The translations under genes were made by a program, and so were the position numbers. Below are positions 17,141-28,300 of a stretch of 64,000 nucleotides of DNA, piece by piece (the first letter of the stretch is position 1; the number at the start of each line of letters is the position of its first letter). Location of the stretch: IMG/VR virus record IMGVR_UViG_3300042923_001352, positions 7,490-71,489 of that record. One strand, written 5' to 3'. A model generated the notes under the pieces. It worked only from the letters and a program-made list of their open reading frames with translations, searched no databases and had not been told where the DNA came from. Source of the DNA: a virus.

Positions 17141-18220
17141 ATGGCAAATAAAATCAATTGGAATACTCAGCTAGATTCAAGAAGAATCGATCTTATAGTA
17201 CAAGGTTTCTCATATAGTGCAGTAGCATCAATACTGAATAATGAATTTCCAGCAAACGCAACTATTAACGCTGATGCAGTACAAAATAGATGTCGCGCTA
17301 CAGAAACAACAAAAGCTCAGTTGATGTCTAAATCAAACGTTGCACGCGGTCAACAATTAAGTATGGCAAATGTAAAATCAACTACAAATAAAGGCTTATT
17401 TCCGACAAGTGCTTATGATATTGATGAAAGCGTAACCTTTACACCTGAAAAAAAGAGACGTCTTGAGGAAATTTACGATGAACTAAATGATGGTAAAGCT
17501 AAGAAGATTTTATCCTTATCTGATTTACATGCACCATTCATTAACTTTGAAGCTGTAGAAAAAGCATTAATTGAACATAGCGATGCGGATGTTCTTATTC
17601 TTAATGGTGATGTTTTTGATGGTCACGCACTTAGTGACTTTGATAAACTAAATGATTTCGACATTGAGATTGAATTCGAACAGGTTTTCATGTTCTTAGA
17701 TGTAGCAACTAAACTCTTCGACAGGGTTTATTATGTTGGTGGAAATCATGACATGTCAAGGTTTGTTAGAATGGTGGCAAGAAAATTTGGACAAGGCATG
17801 AAAAATTACGTACTCAAAAGACTTAATCCAATTGAATATGTTTGTGAAAAGTATAGTAATTTAACAATTGTACCTCACCAATTTATTCAAGTTGGAGAAG
17901 CTATTTTCAATCATCCAGATGGTTATTCAAGTGCGCTAATGTCAACTGCTATGGGTCAAGAGAAAGCTATTAGAGCAAATGCTAATACATTGCTTCCTAA
18001 CCCTAAATTTAGTCTTTTGTGTCAAGGTCATACTCATGATTTGGGTGAGTATTATGTCAATGATTGTAAAATAATGGAACAAGGGTGTCTCTGTCATCCA
18101 ATGGACTATAGATTCGATAAGCCAACAAGTAGAAGATGGCAACTTGGATATGCTGTCGTTCAATTAAATGCTGATGGTAGCGTGGATTTTAATAAATCCA
18201 GAACATATTCTGCAGAATAA
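17141..18220 (+). CDS. calcineurin-like metallophosphoesterase with N-terminal HTH-like extension
   Basis: SDLHAP, NGDVFD, GGNHD, NHPDG, GHTH motifs; start could be 17123. Confidence 0.8.
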   Translation: MANKINWNTQLDSRRIDLIVQGFSYSAVASILNNEFPANATINADAVQNRCRATETTKAQLMSKSNVARGQQLSMANVKSTTNKGLFPTSAYDIDESVTFTPEKKRRLEEIYDELNDGKAKKILSLSDLHAPFINFEAVEKALIEHSDADVLILNGDVFDGHALSDFDKLNDFDIEIEFEQVFMFLDVATKLFDRVYYVGGNHDMSRFVRMVARKFGQGMKNYVLKRLNPIEYVCEKYSNLTIVPHQFIQVGEAIFNHPDGYSSALMSTAMGQEKAIRANANTLLPNPKFSLLCQGHTHDLGEYYVNDCKIMEQGCLCHPMDYRFDKPTSRRWQLGYAVVQLNADGSVDFNKSRTYSAE

Positions 18221-18226
18221 TTTCAT

Positions 18227-18250
18227 AGGAGTCCAAATGGACTCCTTTTT
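18227..18250 (+). terminator. intrinsic terminator
   Basis: AGGAGTCCA/TGGACTCCT stem plus T run. Confidence 0.8.
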
Positions 18251-18326
18251 AATTTGAATATTTGTTAAGTTTATGACACTATTACATATAATAATCTTAT
18301 TATTAATTATGGGAGAGTAAGATAAG

Positions 18327-19250
18327 ATGAAAATACTTAGAGAAACTATAAAGGATTTGTTGAATTTTCGTAAAAAATTAGGTAAGGTTACCATACATTA
18401 TAAAAGAGATTTAGCAACTATAACAAGCCTTAAAATACAAAAATATTATATGATACTTCCTCCAACCCCAAGGAATGTTGCAATTGTTGAAAATTTAAGA
18501 TCCTTATATCCTGAATTGTCAATTGTACAGGAATGCGATCCTGAAAACAGAAAAACAATTGATTTGCTAAATATTCTAATTCAAGCATTGAAAAATAATA
18601 ATATTACCCTAGATCACATTATAGCTGAATTAGTTAACAATTGTATTATTATTGATAGAAATGAAGAATTAGATGAATACTTAGATGCAGCAAAAGTCGG
18701 CAATGCTTTAGCTGCTGGTAAACGTTATGTTATTAAACAAATTGGATTTTTTGATTCGCAAGGTCCAATTTTTAATTCCTACAGTAAGTGTTTGGGTGAT
18801 GTTATTACTAAAAAACTTAAGGAAAATGGTTGTGAACTCGAAATATTGTATATTGATGTAAGTGCAGATAGCAACGTTAATATTACTGCAAGAACTCGAC
18901 TACCACTAAACACTCAATTTGATCAAACAGTACTTGAAAAAATTAGTTATTCAAACAATTTTAAAAAGGAAATTCACAATGAGATAAAAACCTGGTTAAG
19001 TGGTGAATTAAAGTTAAGTAATGCGGGTCTATCTTTTTCTAAATACTTAAAAATTCATATTCCAACAAAAGAAATTAAAAATTTCGTAAATAAGACATAC
19101 GTCAAAGATAAGTCTGGACTTTGTGTTGAGCTTAATACGAGAATAAAACATAAACACTTTGAAACTCATTTTAGTATTAAGAAAATACCGTTGGACGAAT
19201 TTTATAATTTTGTAACATGCATGATTTATAATAAAGTTGAAGTTATTTAG
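18327..19250 (+). CDS. hypothetical protein
   Basis: 307-aa ORF, GGGAG RBS, followed by terminator 19255-19279. Confidence 0.7.
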   Translation: MKILRETIKDLLNFRKKLGKVTIHYKRDLATITSLKIQKYYMILPPTPRNVAIVENLRSLYPELSIVQECDPENRKTIDLLNILIQALKNNNITLDHIIAELVNNCIIIDRNEELDEYLDAAKVGNALAAGKRYVIKQIGFFDSQGPIFNSYSKCLGDVITKKLKENGCELEILYIDVSADSNVNITARTRLPLNTQFDQTVLEKISYSNNFKKEIHNEIKTWLSGELKLSNAGLSFSKYLKIHIPTKEIKNFVNKTYVKDKSGLCVELNTRIKHKHFETHFSIKKIPLDEFYNFVTCMIYNKVEVI

Positions 19251-19351
19251 AATTAATCCCTAAGTGATTAGGGATTTTTCTTTTTAGTGTAATTTTAGCA
19301 ACTATTTATAGTATTCTCTTATAGAACATTACAAATAAGGAGTCGATATAA

Positions 19352-20014
19352 TTGAAACGTTTGACAAAGAAAGCATTAAATACAGTGCTTCAAGATAGTT
19401 TTAAGCAAGATGTTGAAAAAGCACAACACCTACAAGAAGTGGTTCCGCAGCCAATGGATGGACATCCTCCAGTACATCCTCCGATATCAATGGATGCACA
19501 TGACGAAATGTTGCCAGATGATGCAGAAGAAGTTGATAAAGAACACGATGTTGACAATGATGGAATGGGTTTTGATGAAACTCCGATTGAAGAAGCATTA
19601 TTAAATGATATTTGTTCAATGCAAGTACTTTATCAACAAGTTAAATTTTTCCATTGGATTGCTACTGGTGAAAACTACATAGCATCTCATAGATTCTTTG
19701 ATGAGGTAGCTGAAGCTATTTTAAACCAAATTGATTTATTGGCTGAGAGATTGGTTTTCTTAGGAATTAATCCAATTGCAGAAATGGAAGAAATTGCCGA
19801 TCGTTCATATGTTGAATTTACACAAATGGATAATGCGTTTAAATTTGATGGAGCAATTTCTATTATTGATGAAGCTCTTGAAAAGGTAATTGACAATTTG
19901 AAAAACAATGTAATGAAGGCTGGAGACTCTAAAAACATTGGGACAGAAAAAATGCTTCAAGATTTTGTTTATGATTTAGAAGTACTTCAACATCATATTC
20001 GTTCGTTTAAGTGA
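19352..20014 (+). CDS. dps: Dps/ferritin-like protein with acidic, His/Pro-rich N-terminal extension and MKRLTKKA leader
   Basis: LYQQVKFFHW..TGENYIASHRFFDE...IDLLAERLVFLG..P = Dps HW/H/D..AER ferroxidase signature; AAGGAG RBS, TTG start. Confidence 0.8.
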   Translation: MKRLTKKALNTVLQDSFKQDVEKAQHLQEVVPQPMDGHPPVHPPISMDAHDEMLPDDAEEVDKEHDVDNDGMGFDETPIEEALLNDICSMQVLYQQVKFFHWIATGENYIASHRFFDEVAEAILNQIDLLAERLVFLGINPIAEMEEIADRSYVEFTQMDNAFKFDGAISIIDEALEKVIDNLKNNVMKAGDSKNIGTEKMLQDFVYDLEVLQHHIRSFK

Positions 20015-20019
20015 TAACT

Positions 20020-20544
20020 ATGAAAAGACTTATTAAAGCTTTTAGGTCATCCAGTAATCATCCGGTTGTAAAATTTGTAGAAAATTGGTTTCATAATCAT
20101 TCTTCAATGCAAAGAAATTATAGTTTTGTTGAACAAATTGCAGCAGAAAATAGCGATTGTATGTTTTCCGGTACTGCTTTTAGATTTATAGAACTCGAAG
20201 AACCATATGAAGTAGATAATCAAGAGAAATTAATAGAATATGCTTATAGTGCAATCGAACCGATTGAAGATATAAGTTCATTTTCAGCATCAAAAGCTGG
20301 CGTAGAATATTTCACTCAAACGGAGTACCCATCTTTTGGAGTTATAATTTCAGCATCAACAAATGGTATTTATTTACCTAATTTGGTACAAAAATATCAA
20401 AACGATATTGATCAAAGTAGCGAGATTGACGGTAGAATTATAGATAGCATTACTCATGAAGATGAGGTAATTGTTATTGAACCAATTGGAAATTTTGAGA
20501 TTGTTGCTTTAATTGTAGAACATGAAATAAATTGGTTAAAGTGA
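20020..20544 (+). CDS. putative R-S-E clade ADP-ribosyltransferase-like protein with MKRLIKA leader
   Basis: GTAFR ... SSFS ... HEDEVIV in the order and spacing of the R / SxS / ExE motifs. Confidence 0.5.
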   Translation: MKRLIKAFRSSSNHPVVKFVENWFHNHSSMQRNYSFVEQIAAENSDCMFSGTAFRFIELEEPYEVDNQEKLIEYAYSAIEPIEDISSFSASKAGVEYFTQTEYPSFGVIISASTNGIYLPNLVQKYQNDIDQSSEIDGRIIDSITHEDEVIVIEPIGNFEIVALIVEHEINWLK

Positions 20545-20732
20545 TAAAAAGAACCTTAATTGGTTCTTTTTTTTGTGTTAAACACTTTTCTAACTTTTCT
20601 AACAATTTTTAATATTTAAATAATATGGTAATAAAACTCTACCATGTATATATTCTAAGAATAGAACAAAGTGTTTTGACTTCAACCAATAAATTGGTTG
20701 AAGATTGATTTTTAGCAAAGGGGGGATGTATA

Positions 20733-22751
20733 GTGATCGCCGTTACGTATATTAAATTTTTATTTAAGGGTCCAAATGGTGCTGATGAAAATTCAAAATG
20801 GATATTTTTGATTGATCAAGAAAAGGACACCTATAAAGCATTTGAAGTTGGTAAAGAATATACTTTGACTTCAGAAGAAATTGAATTTATACCGAAGGAC
20901 ATGTATACAGTTGTTTCAATTCTTGGCGGTATACAAGATAGTACAACAAACGGAAACATACTTGCATATGGTACAGAAATTGTAGTATATAATGATACAG
21001 CTATAAAGGCATTAATAGATACAAAAGCAGATAAAACAGAAATTGCTAATGCACTAGCTGAGTTAACTGATGTTGATGTTTCAAACAAAACAAATAATTA
21101 CGTTTTAACATATGACTCAACAACTCAAAAATTTGAGTCAAAACCGTTACCAAACGGAACAGGCAGTGGAGCAACTAACTTAAATGGTCTTAGTGATGTT
21201 GATGTAACTTCAGTCGCTCCAGCCAATGGAAATGTGTTAACATATGACAATGTTGCTGGTAAATGGAAACCAGGCAGTGGTGGTTTGCAAACAGTTACAA
21301 TAGCAAATGTTACCGGTTTACAATCTGTCTTGGATGGTAAAGCTGGAGTATTGCATACTCATACTCTATCAAACATTACAGATATTAATATTACAAATAA
21401 AACCAATGGATTCATATTAACCTATGATTCCGCTACTGATAAATTTGTGTCAAAAGCTCCTGCTGCAGGCAGTGGTTCAACAGTAACATCATCAACCAAC
21501 AATGGTAAAATTAAAATTGATGGTGTAGACACTGTTGTTTATAATGATGGTTCAATTTTAACATCATTAGCAAACAAAACAGATATTGGTCATAACCATA
21601 CGTTATCAAATATCTTAGATGTTGATGCTGCAAACAAAGTAAGTGGACATGTATTAACTTATGATACAACAGTTAACAAGTTTGTGTCAAAAGCTTTACC
21701 CGTAAGTGGATCAGTAGTAACCGGATCAACAAACGGTAAAATTAAAGTTAATAATGTTGATTTAATGGTTTTTGATGATAGCGTTATTCAGACATCGTTG
21801 TCTGGCAAAGCTAACGCAACGCATAATCATACTTTATCAAACATTATAGACGTTGACGTTGCTAACGCAACCAACGGATTTGCTTTAATTTATGATTCTG
21901 CATCAAGTAAGTTTAAAGCACAAGCTATACCATCTTCTCCTACACAAATTGTAGTAAAGGATTCTTTTTCTGGAACAGCTAATACTACAAAAACATATGA
22001 TTCAGATATGACAAATTTTGTAATCAATAACACAGGCGCTACCAGTCTATCATTTGTTATTAATGGAATTACAATTCCTGTAAATGCTGGTGCTAGCTTT
22101 GATGATGCGTTTGAACCATTTAGACAAATAACAATTACAGCGAGTGGGGCATACAATGCATTAGTGAAAGGTAAACCAGTGCTTACAGTTACATCGTCTT
22201 TAGCTGGTGGTACTTATGAGTTAACTCAATCTGTAACTTTGACTACAAAAGAAAGTGCAACAATCTACTACACAATTGACGGAACAGTACCAACAACATC
22301 TAGTCAATCATATAGTGGACCAATTACAATCTCTACTACAACTACACTAAAGTATTTTGCAAAAGATGTAGATGGTACCTCAAGCTCAGTTCAAACAGCA
22401 GTATATACTATCAATGTTGGTGGCGTTGAATGGACATATGATTTCGTTGTACCACAATCAAATGGCGTCTATACACTAACAAGTGAAGGTTCGTGGATTT
22501 ACGATTTAACAAATGAAGATGTATATGGTCCAGCTTTAGACGGCGTAAATCCTAAAATGAAATTATTAACACTAGGTGTACAAGATGGAAGTCCAGATGA
22601 ACCAGGACAAGAATTGCCAAGAGATGGATTCGATGTATTTGCCGCTCCTTCAATGCACGGTGCTTACAGTTATGATTCAGATACAAAACAATTCTATTTC
22701 CAATCTGCGGCAATGAACCCTTACTATTTTAGAATTGTTAAATACGTATAA
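20733..22751 (+). CDS. fibre/adaptor protein F1 (LxDVD repeats, HxH motifs, Ig-like CHB_HEX_C repeat, C-terminal domain shared with next gene)
   Basis: Repeats HTLSNIxDVD..NGxVLTYD...KF; TIYYTIDGTVPT; VEWTYDF...NPYYFRIVKYV. Confidence 0.7.
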   Translation: MIAVTYIKFLFKGPNGADENSKWIFLIDQEKDTYKAFEVGKEYTLTSEEIEFIPKDMYTVVSILGGIQDSTTNGNILAYGTEIVVYNDTAIKALIDTKADKTEIANALAELTDVDVSNKTNNYVLTYDSTTQKFESKPLPNGTGSGATNLNGLSDVDVTSVAPANGNVLTYDNVAGKWKPGSGGLQTVTIANVTGLQSVLDGKAGVLHTHTLSNITDINITNKTNGFILTYDSATDKFVSKAPAAGSGSTVTSSTNNGKIKIDGVDTVVYNDGSILTSLANKTDIGHNHTLSNILDVDAANKVSGHVLTYDTTVNKFVSKALPVSGSVVTGSTNGKIKVNNVDLMVFDDSVIQTSLSGKANATHNHTLSNIIDVDVANATNGFALIYDSASSKFKAQAIPSSPTQIVVKDSFSGTANTTKTYDSDMTNFVINNTGATSLSFVINGITIPVNAGASFDDAFEPFRQITITASGAYNALVKGKPVLTVTSSLAGGTYELTQSVTLTTKESATIYYTIDGTVPTTSSQSYSGPITISTTTTLKYFAKDVDGTSSSVQTAVYTINVGGVEWTYDFVVPQSNGVYTLTSEGSWIYDLTNEDVYGPALDGVNPKMKLLTLGVQDGSPDEPGQELPRDGFDVFAAPSMHGAYSYDSDTKQFYFQSAAMNPYYFRIVKYV

Positions 22752-22766
22752 GGTAGGTGGGTAATA

Positions 22767-24353
22767 ATGGCACCACTAACAAATGCCGATAGAAAACAAA
22801 TGCAGCTTGATTTAATGTGGACTGCAATAAATGATAATGAGCTTTTGCCTTATTCACCAATAAAATCATTAAATAAACAATTAATCACAGATAATAAATC
22901 ATTTATTAAGTCTATTAACGAAGTGATGGATAAGTTAAAAATTAATGACACTACCGTTACTAATTTCAATGCTAATTTCAATACTTTAATTGGTAACCGA
23001 GAGTTAGAAGTTGCTGATTGGAATAACTTGAAGAAAATTGACCGCAATGTTATTAGAGCTATATACAAGGTCTATTTAAACGTTGAGCAATTAATTGAAG
23101 ATATGGACAATCACAAACACACATTAACCGATATAACAGATGTAGACGTTACAAACAAAATAAATGGTTATGCTTTGCAATATGATTCTGTTGCAGGAAA
23201 ATTCATATCAAAACCACTACCTACCGAAAACGGTGGTAGTGGTTCATCTGTTTCAGATAGTACGACAAATGGAAATATTCTTATAGATGATATTGAAGTG
23301 AATGTATATACGCATCCAACAAATCATCCTGCTTCTATTATTACTCAAGATGCTAATAATAGATTTGTTACAGATGCTGAGAAAACCACTTGGAATGCAA
23401 AGGCAGAGGTCTCCAATGTGTACACGAAATCAGAGACCGATGACAGAATTCAATCAATAATCAATGCTGCACCTGCAGCTCTTGATACGTTAAGTGAACT
23501 AGCAATTGCACTTGGTAATGATGCTAATTTCTCTACAACAATTACAAACAGCTTAGCAAATAAGGTAGATAAAATTTCAGGGAAAGGTCTATCGGAATCT
23601 GATTTTACTATCACCGAAAAGACAAAATTATCTGGTATTTCATCCAACGCTAACAATTATGTTCATCCAGCAAATCATTCTGCCTCTATTATTTCTCAAG
23701 ACTCCAATAATAGATTTGTAACAGATGCAGAGAAAACTACTTGGAATGCTAAAGCTTCAACATCTATAGTTACTACATTAGTAGATGGTTTAATGAGCTC
23801 TGTTGATAAAACAAAATTAGATGGGATAGCAACTGGGGCAAATAACTATGTTCATCCGGCAAATCATCATGCTTCTGTTATTACTCAGGATGTTAATAAT
23901 AGATTTGTTACAGACGCTGAGAAAACTGCTTGGAACAGTTTAATTAGTACTGTTAGCACTCTGCAATCACAACTAGCAGATGCACTTGCGAGAATTGGTG
24001 TCTTGGAACTCGATACTTCTGCAGAAGTAGAATGGACATATGATTTTATTATACCACAATCAACTGGTATCTATACTCTAACAAGTAATGGAGCATGGAA
24101 TCACACTTTAACAACTGAAGATGTATATGGTCCAGCTTTAGATGGACTTAACTCAAAAATGAAATTACTAACATTAGGAGTAGAAGATGGTGCCCCTAAT
24201 GAACCAGGTCTAGAAGTACCAAGAGATGGATTTGATTCATCCACTGCACCCTCTATGCATGGTAAATTTCAATATGATGAAGGATTGCAACAAATTACGT
24301 TTCAATCTGGAGCCATGAATCCTTATTATTTTAGAATTATAAAATACGTATAA
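22767..24353 (+). CDS. tail fibre protein F2
   Basis: APAALDTLSELAIALGNDANFSTTITNSL fibre motif, KVDKISGKGLS, three HPxNHxASxIxQDxNNRFVTDAEKTxWN repeats. Confidence 0.8.
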   Translation: MAPLTNADRKQMQLDLMWTAINDNELLPYSPIKSLNKQLITDNKSFIKSINEVMDKLKINDTTVTNFNANFNTLIGNRELEVADWNNLKKIDRNVIRAIYKVYLNVEQLIEDMDNHKHTLTDITDVDVTNKINGYALQYDSVAGKFISKPLPTENGGSGSSVSDSTTNGNILIDDIEVNVYTHPTNHPASIITQDANNRFVTDAEKTTWNAKAEVSNVYTKSETDDRIQSIINAAPAALDTLSELAIALGNDANFSTTITNSLANKVDKISGKGLSESDFTITEKTKLSGISSNANNYVHPANHSASIISQDSNNRFVTDAEKTTWNAKASTSIVTTLVDGLMSSVDKTKLDGIATGANNYVHPANHHASVITQDVNNRFVTDAEKTAWNSLISTVSTLQSQLADALARIGVLELDTSAEVEWTYDFIIPQSTGIYTLTSNGAWNHTLTTEDVYGPALDGLNSKMKLLTLGVEDGAPNEPGLEVPRDGFDSSTAPSMHGKFQYDEGLQQITFQSGAMNPYYFRIIKYV

Positions 24354-24367
24354 AGGACGTGATAATA

Positions 24368-25333
24368 ATGGGTACACCATTGACAACCGAAGACAGAAAA
24401 CAGATGCAATTTGACGTACTTTGGAATACTATGGCAGATAACGAATTACTTCCATTTTCAGGAGTTAGTGCATTAAACAAACAATTAACTACTGATAATA
24501 AAATTGTTATTAAAGCTATTAATGAATTGTTAACAAAATTAAAAATCAACGATACTACAGTTACTAATTTCAATGCCAATTTCAATACTTTAGTTGGTAA
24601 CTATGAATTAGAAACCGCTGATTGGGACAATTTAAAAACAATTGATACCAATGTAATTAAGTCAATATATAAAGTGTATTTGGATGTTGTTGCATTGAAC
24701 GATAAGGTATTAGAGACTTATACAGCTGCGGAAAAGACAAAATTAGCTGGTATTGCTGCTAATGCAAATAACTATGTACATCCCGCTAATCACCCTGCAT
24801 CCATTATTACTCAAGATGCTACTAACAGATTTGTAACAGATGCAGAGAAAACTACTTGGAATGCTAAAGCTTCAACAACTGCAGCCACTACATCCGTTAG
24901 TGGTTTAATGAGTTCTATTGATAAAACAAAACTAGATGGTATAGCAACTGGAGCAACTAATTACGTACATCCAGCTAACCATCCTGCATCTATTATTACT
25001 CAAGATGCTACTAACAGATTTGTAACGGATGCAGAGAAAACATCTTGGAATACTAAAGCTAATGGTGTTCATAATCACACTCTAGATGATGTTACTGATG
25101 TTGATGTAACAAACAAAACAAATGGTTACGCTTTACAATATGATTCTGTTGCGGGAAAAATAAAATTGCAACCACTGCCAGAAGGTACGGGCTCAGGTGC
25201 TACAAGTATGAATGGACTTTCAGATGTTGATGTAACTACAGTTGCTCCAGTTGAAGGTGCAGTTTTAAAATTCACTAGTGGGAAATGGGTACCTGTTGTT
25301 GTAAGTACAGATATCGATGGTGGTACATTCTAA
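24368..25333 (+). CDS. tail fibre protein F3, paralog of F2
   Basis: N-terminal ~110 aa closely similar to F2; two YVHPANHPASIITQD repeats; ends IDGGTF; TAATG-coupled to next gene. Confidence 0.75.
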   Translation: MGTPLTTEDRKQMQFDVLWNTMADNELLPFSGVSALNKQLTTDNKIVIKAINELLTKLKINDTTVTNFNANFNTLVGNYELETADWDNLKTIDTNVIKSIYKVYLDVVALNDKVLETYTAAEKTKLAGIAANANNYVHPANHPASIITQDATNRFVTDAEKTTWNAKASTTAATTSVSGLMSSIDKTKLDGIATGATNYVHPANHPASIITQDATNRFVTDAEKTSWNTKANGVHNHTLDDVTDVDVTNKTNGYALQYDSVAGKIKLQPLPEGTGSGATSMNGLSDVDVTTVAPVEGAVLKFTSGKWVPVVVSTDIDGGTF

Positions 25334-28300
25334 TGAGAAATATTCAAATTAAACGCGGGATAAAGGCTAATTTGCCAGCACTTAGTGTTGGCGAGTTTGC
25401 TTTCTGCACGGATACCAAAGAATTGTTCATAGGATCAGCAACTGGCAACATTAAAGTTCACCCTACAGATGGTAGCGGTGAAGCAACACCTCAATACATT
25501 GTTAAAGATTCTTGGAGCGCTAGCGGAACTCACACATTGTCTGAAATCATGAATGGTTTTAACGTTTATAATTCCGGCAACGCCAATCTTACAGTAACCA
25601 TAAACGGTATTAGTTTTGTAGTAAAATCAAAAGAAAAGTTTGAAGACATATTTGATCCATTTAGTCAAGTTACAATTAGCGCAACTGATACCTTTTATGC
25701 AACAGCGAGTGCACTAGAATCAGGTTCAACTAATCCTAAATATAGTGTTAAAGAATCATTTAGTGGTTCTTCTAGTATTACTCACAATTTAACTGGAGCA
25801 ATGCGCGATTTTGTAATAAGCAATGATGGTTCAAATTCATTGACATACATTATAAATGGTTTAACGATACCAGTGTTGCAGAATGAATCAGATGAACGTT
25901 CATTTGATTCATTTAATCAAGTCAGTATAAGCGCTACATCTGCTTTTAGAGCTTATACACGCGGCACTTTTGCGTCAGATACTATAGCACCAGTTGTTAC
26001 GGCATCTCCCAATGGAGGAACGTTCAATGCTACTCAATCATTAACATTGAGCACAAATGAAATGAGTACAATTTATTATACTTTGGATGGAAGTACTCCA
26101 ACCCAAAGTAGTACAATTTATAGTACGCCAATATCAATAACTACAACAACTACGGTTAAATATTTTGCTAAGGATATTACAGGCAATATTAGCACTATTG
26201 AATCAAAAACATTTACTCTTGATACTACAGCTCCAATCGTAACTGCTTCAGTTTTAGATGGAACATATACGTCAACACAAACAGTAACATTAACAGCTGA
26301 TGAAGCTGCTACAATTTACTACACATTAGATGGTAGCACTCCAACTACAAGCAGTAATGTTTACTCATCTGCCTTAAGCATTAGTGCTACAACTACACTG
26401 AAATATTTTGGTAAAGATACTGCTGGTAATACTAGTGTCGTTCAAACACAAACATACACAATTACTGCTCCCGACACAACGGCACCAACTGTTACAATTT
26501 CTCCAGTTGCAGGAACTTACAACGCTACTCAATCTGTAACTCTTTCAGCTAATGAAACAGCTACTATTTACTATACATTAGATGGTAGTACCCCTACTAC
26601 GAGCAGCACAGTATATAGTACTCCAATTTCAGTAAGTTCTACAACCACAATCAAGTATTTTGGTGTAGATTCTTCACTTAATGCAAGTGATGTTCAAACA
26701 ACCATCTATACAATCGACACTGTGGTTCCAAATCCAGTTACCGCATTAACTGCCGGTGCGCCGACAGCGAACACTATTCCAGTTAGTTGGACATTATCTG
26801 ACTCTAATGATGTAGCAAATCAAGAGGTAGCTTATTCAACTGACGGAACTAATTATATAGTAGCTAGTGCAGTGGTAAATTCTAGTTCAACTTCTTATAC
26901 CGTAACTGGTTTAAGTGCAAATACAAATTACACTATAAGAGTTATAACTATTGATGGAGCTGGAAATAGTTCTTCAGCTGTAACTACAAATGCAACAACA
27001 ACCGCAAATGTCTCTAGCGGTTATTATTATATGAATGGTAGTAATAGCACCTTAAAGACAGGCTCAATTGCATTTGATGAAATTGTGGTAGAATTTGCAG
27101 CTAAATTTACAATTGGTTTTTGGCAGGCTATAATTGATACAAGAGATGGAGCAACCTATACTACAGGTAGAGTTGTTAGAAAACCAAGTTTTGGATATGA
27201 TTTCTTCGATTCTCCATTTACAAGTGTAACAATTGATGGTGGAGCAAATGTTACAAATAATGTAAATTTCATACCATACGGACAAAAAACAATTTTACGA
27301 GCAAAAACCGCTTCTGCTATAACAAGAGTAATTAGTTTCTTTGCAAATAATGATTCAACCGACAAAACAATGAGTAATGTATACGATATAAAAATTCTTT
27401 CTGGAGGTACAGTTGTAGCTCACTATGATTTTACTCAACAAGCATCAGGTACTACAGTGTTAGACTTAAGTGGAAACAATAATACAGCTACAATAACAAA
27501 CGGAGTTTGGGTTGCTTCAGATGTTACAGCACCAACGGTTGCATTAACAGTACCAACAGGCTCATATGATCAAACTCAAAATGTTTATCTAGTGCCTAGT
27601 GAACCATCAAAAGTTTATTACACAATGGATGGATCTGTTCCTACTACAAGTAGTACAAAATGGGAAGCTATTACTGCTGTACCTATAACTAATAATGGAG
27701 TAACCGTGGTCAAGGCTTTCGCCGTAGATATAGCTGGCAACGCTGGTCCAGTTGCGACCTACACCTACACATTACCGTCTACTCCTCCACCTGAGGTTAC
27801 TGGTCTTACTAGCTCAGCTTCTGGTACAACAGCAACTTTATCATGGGTAGCTTCGGCTGGAGCTTCTAGATATGAAGTTTACGATGGATCAACCCTTGTA
27901 GCTATGACAAAGGGTACATCTTGTGACATTATAAATCTACAACCATCAACGCAATATACATTTAACGTTAAAGCTTTAGATAAAGTCATGAATATATCTG
28001 CTGGCGTACCTTCAACAACTTTTACAACTGAAACCGCTCCAGCTATTGTGTCTACAGGATACGTAGCTAGTGGGTTAACACATTTTTTTGAAAATATAGT
28101 AACCAATTCTAAGGCTGTTGGTATTTTTAACACAAATAATTTGCTGATGAATTCAGATCATATAACAATATGTATGACGTATGTTGGAACACCCACGGCC
28201 ACATTAGTTCTTAGAGCTCAAGATCCACTTGTGACTGGATGGAAAACTAGAAATGCAGATAGTAGATTTGATATAGCTAATACTGCTAATAATCAAGCTG

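Noticed and set aside
23300-25060. Near-identical DNA repeats as a possible CRISPR array
   Set aside because: Repeats are in-frame coding units of fibre proteins without unique spacers, and no cas genes are present.
25285-25332. ORF-track N-terminus MGTCCCKYRYRWWYIL for A1
   Set aside because: Overlaps the F3 coding end; paralogs begin at MxxIQIKRG, matching the TAATG-coupled ATG at 25333.
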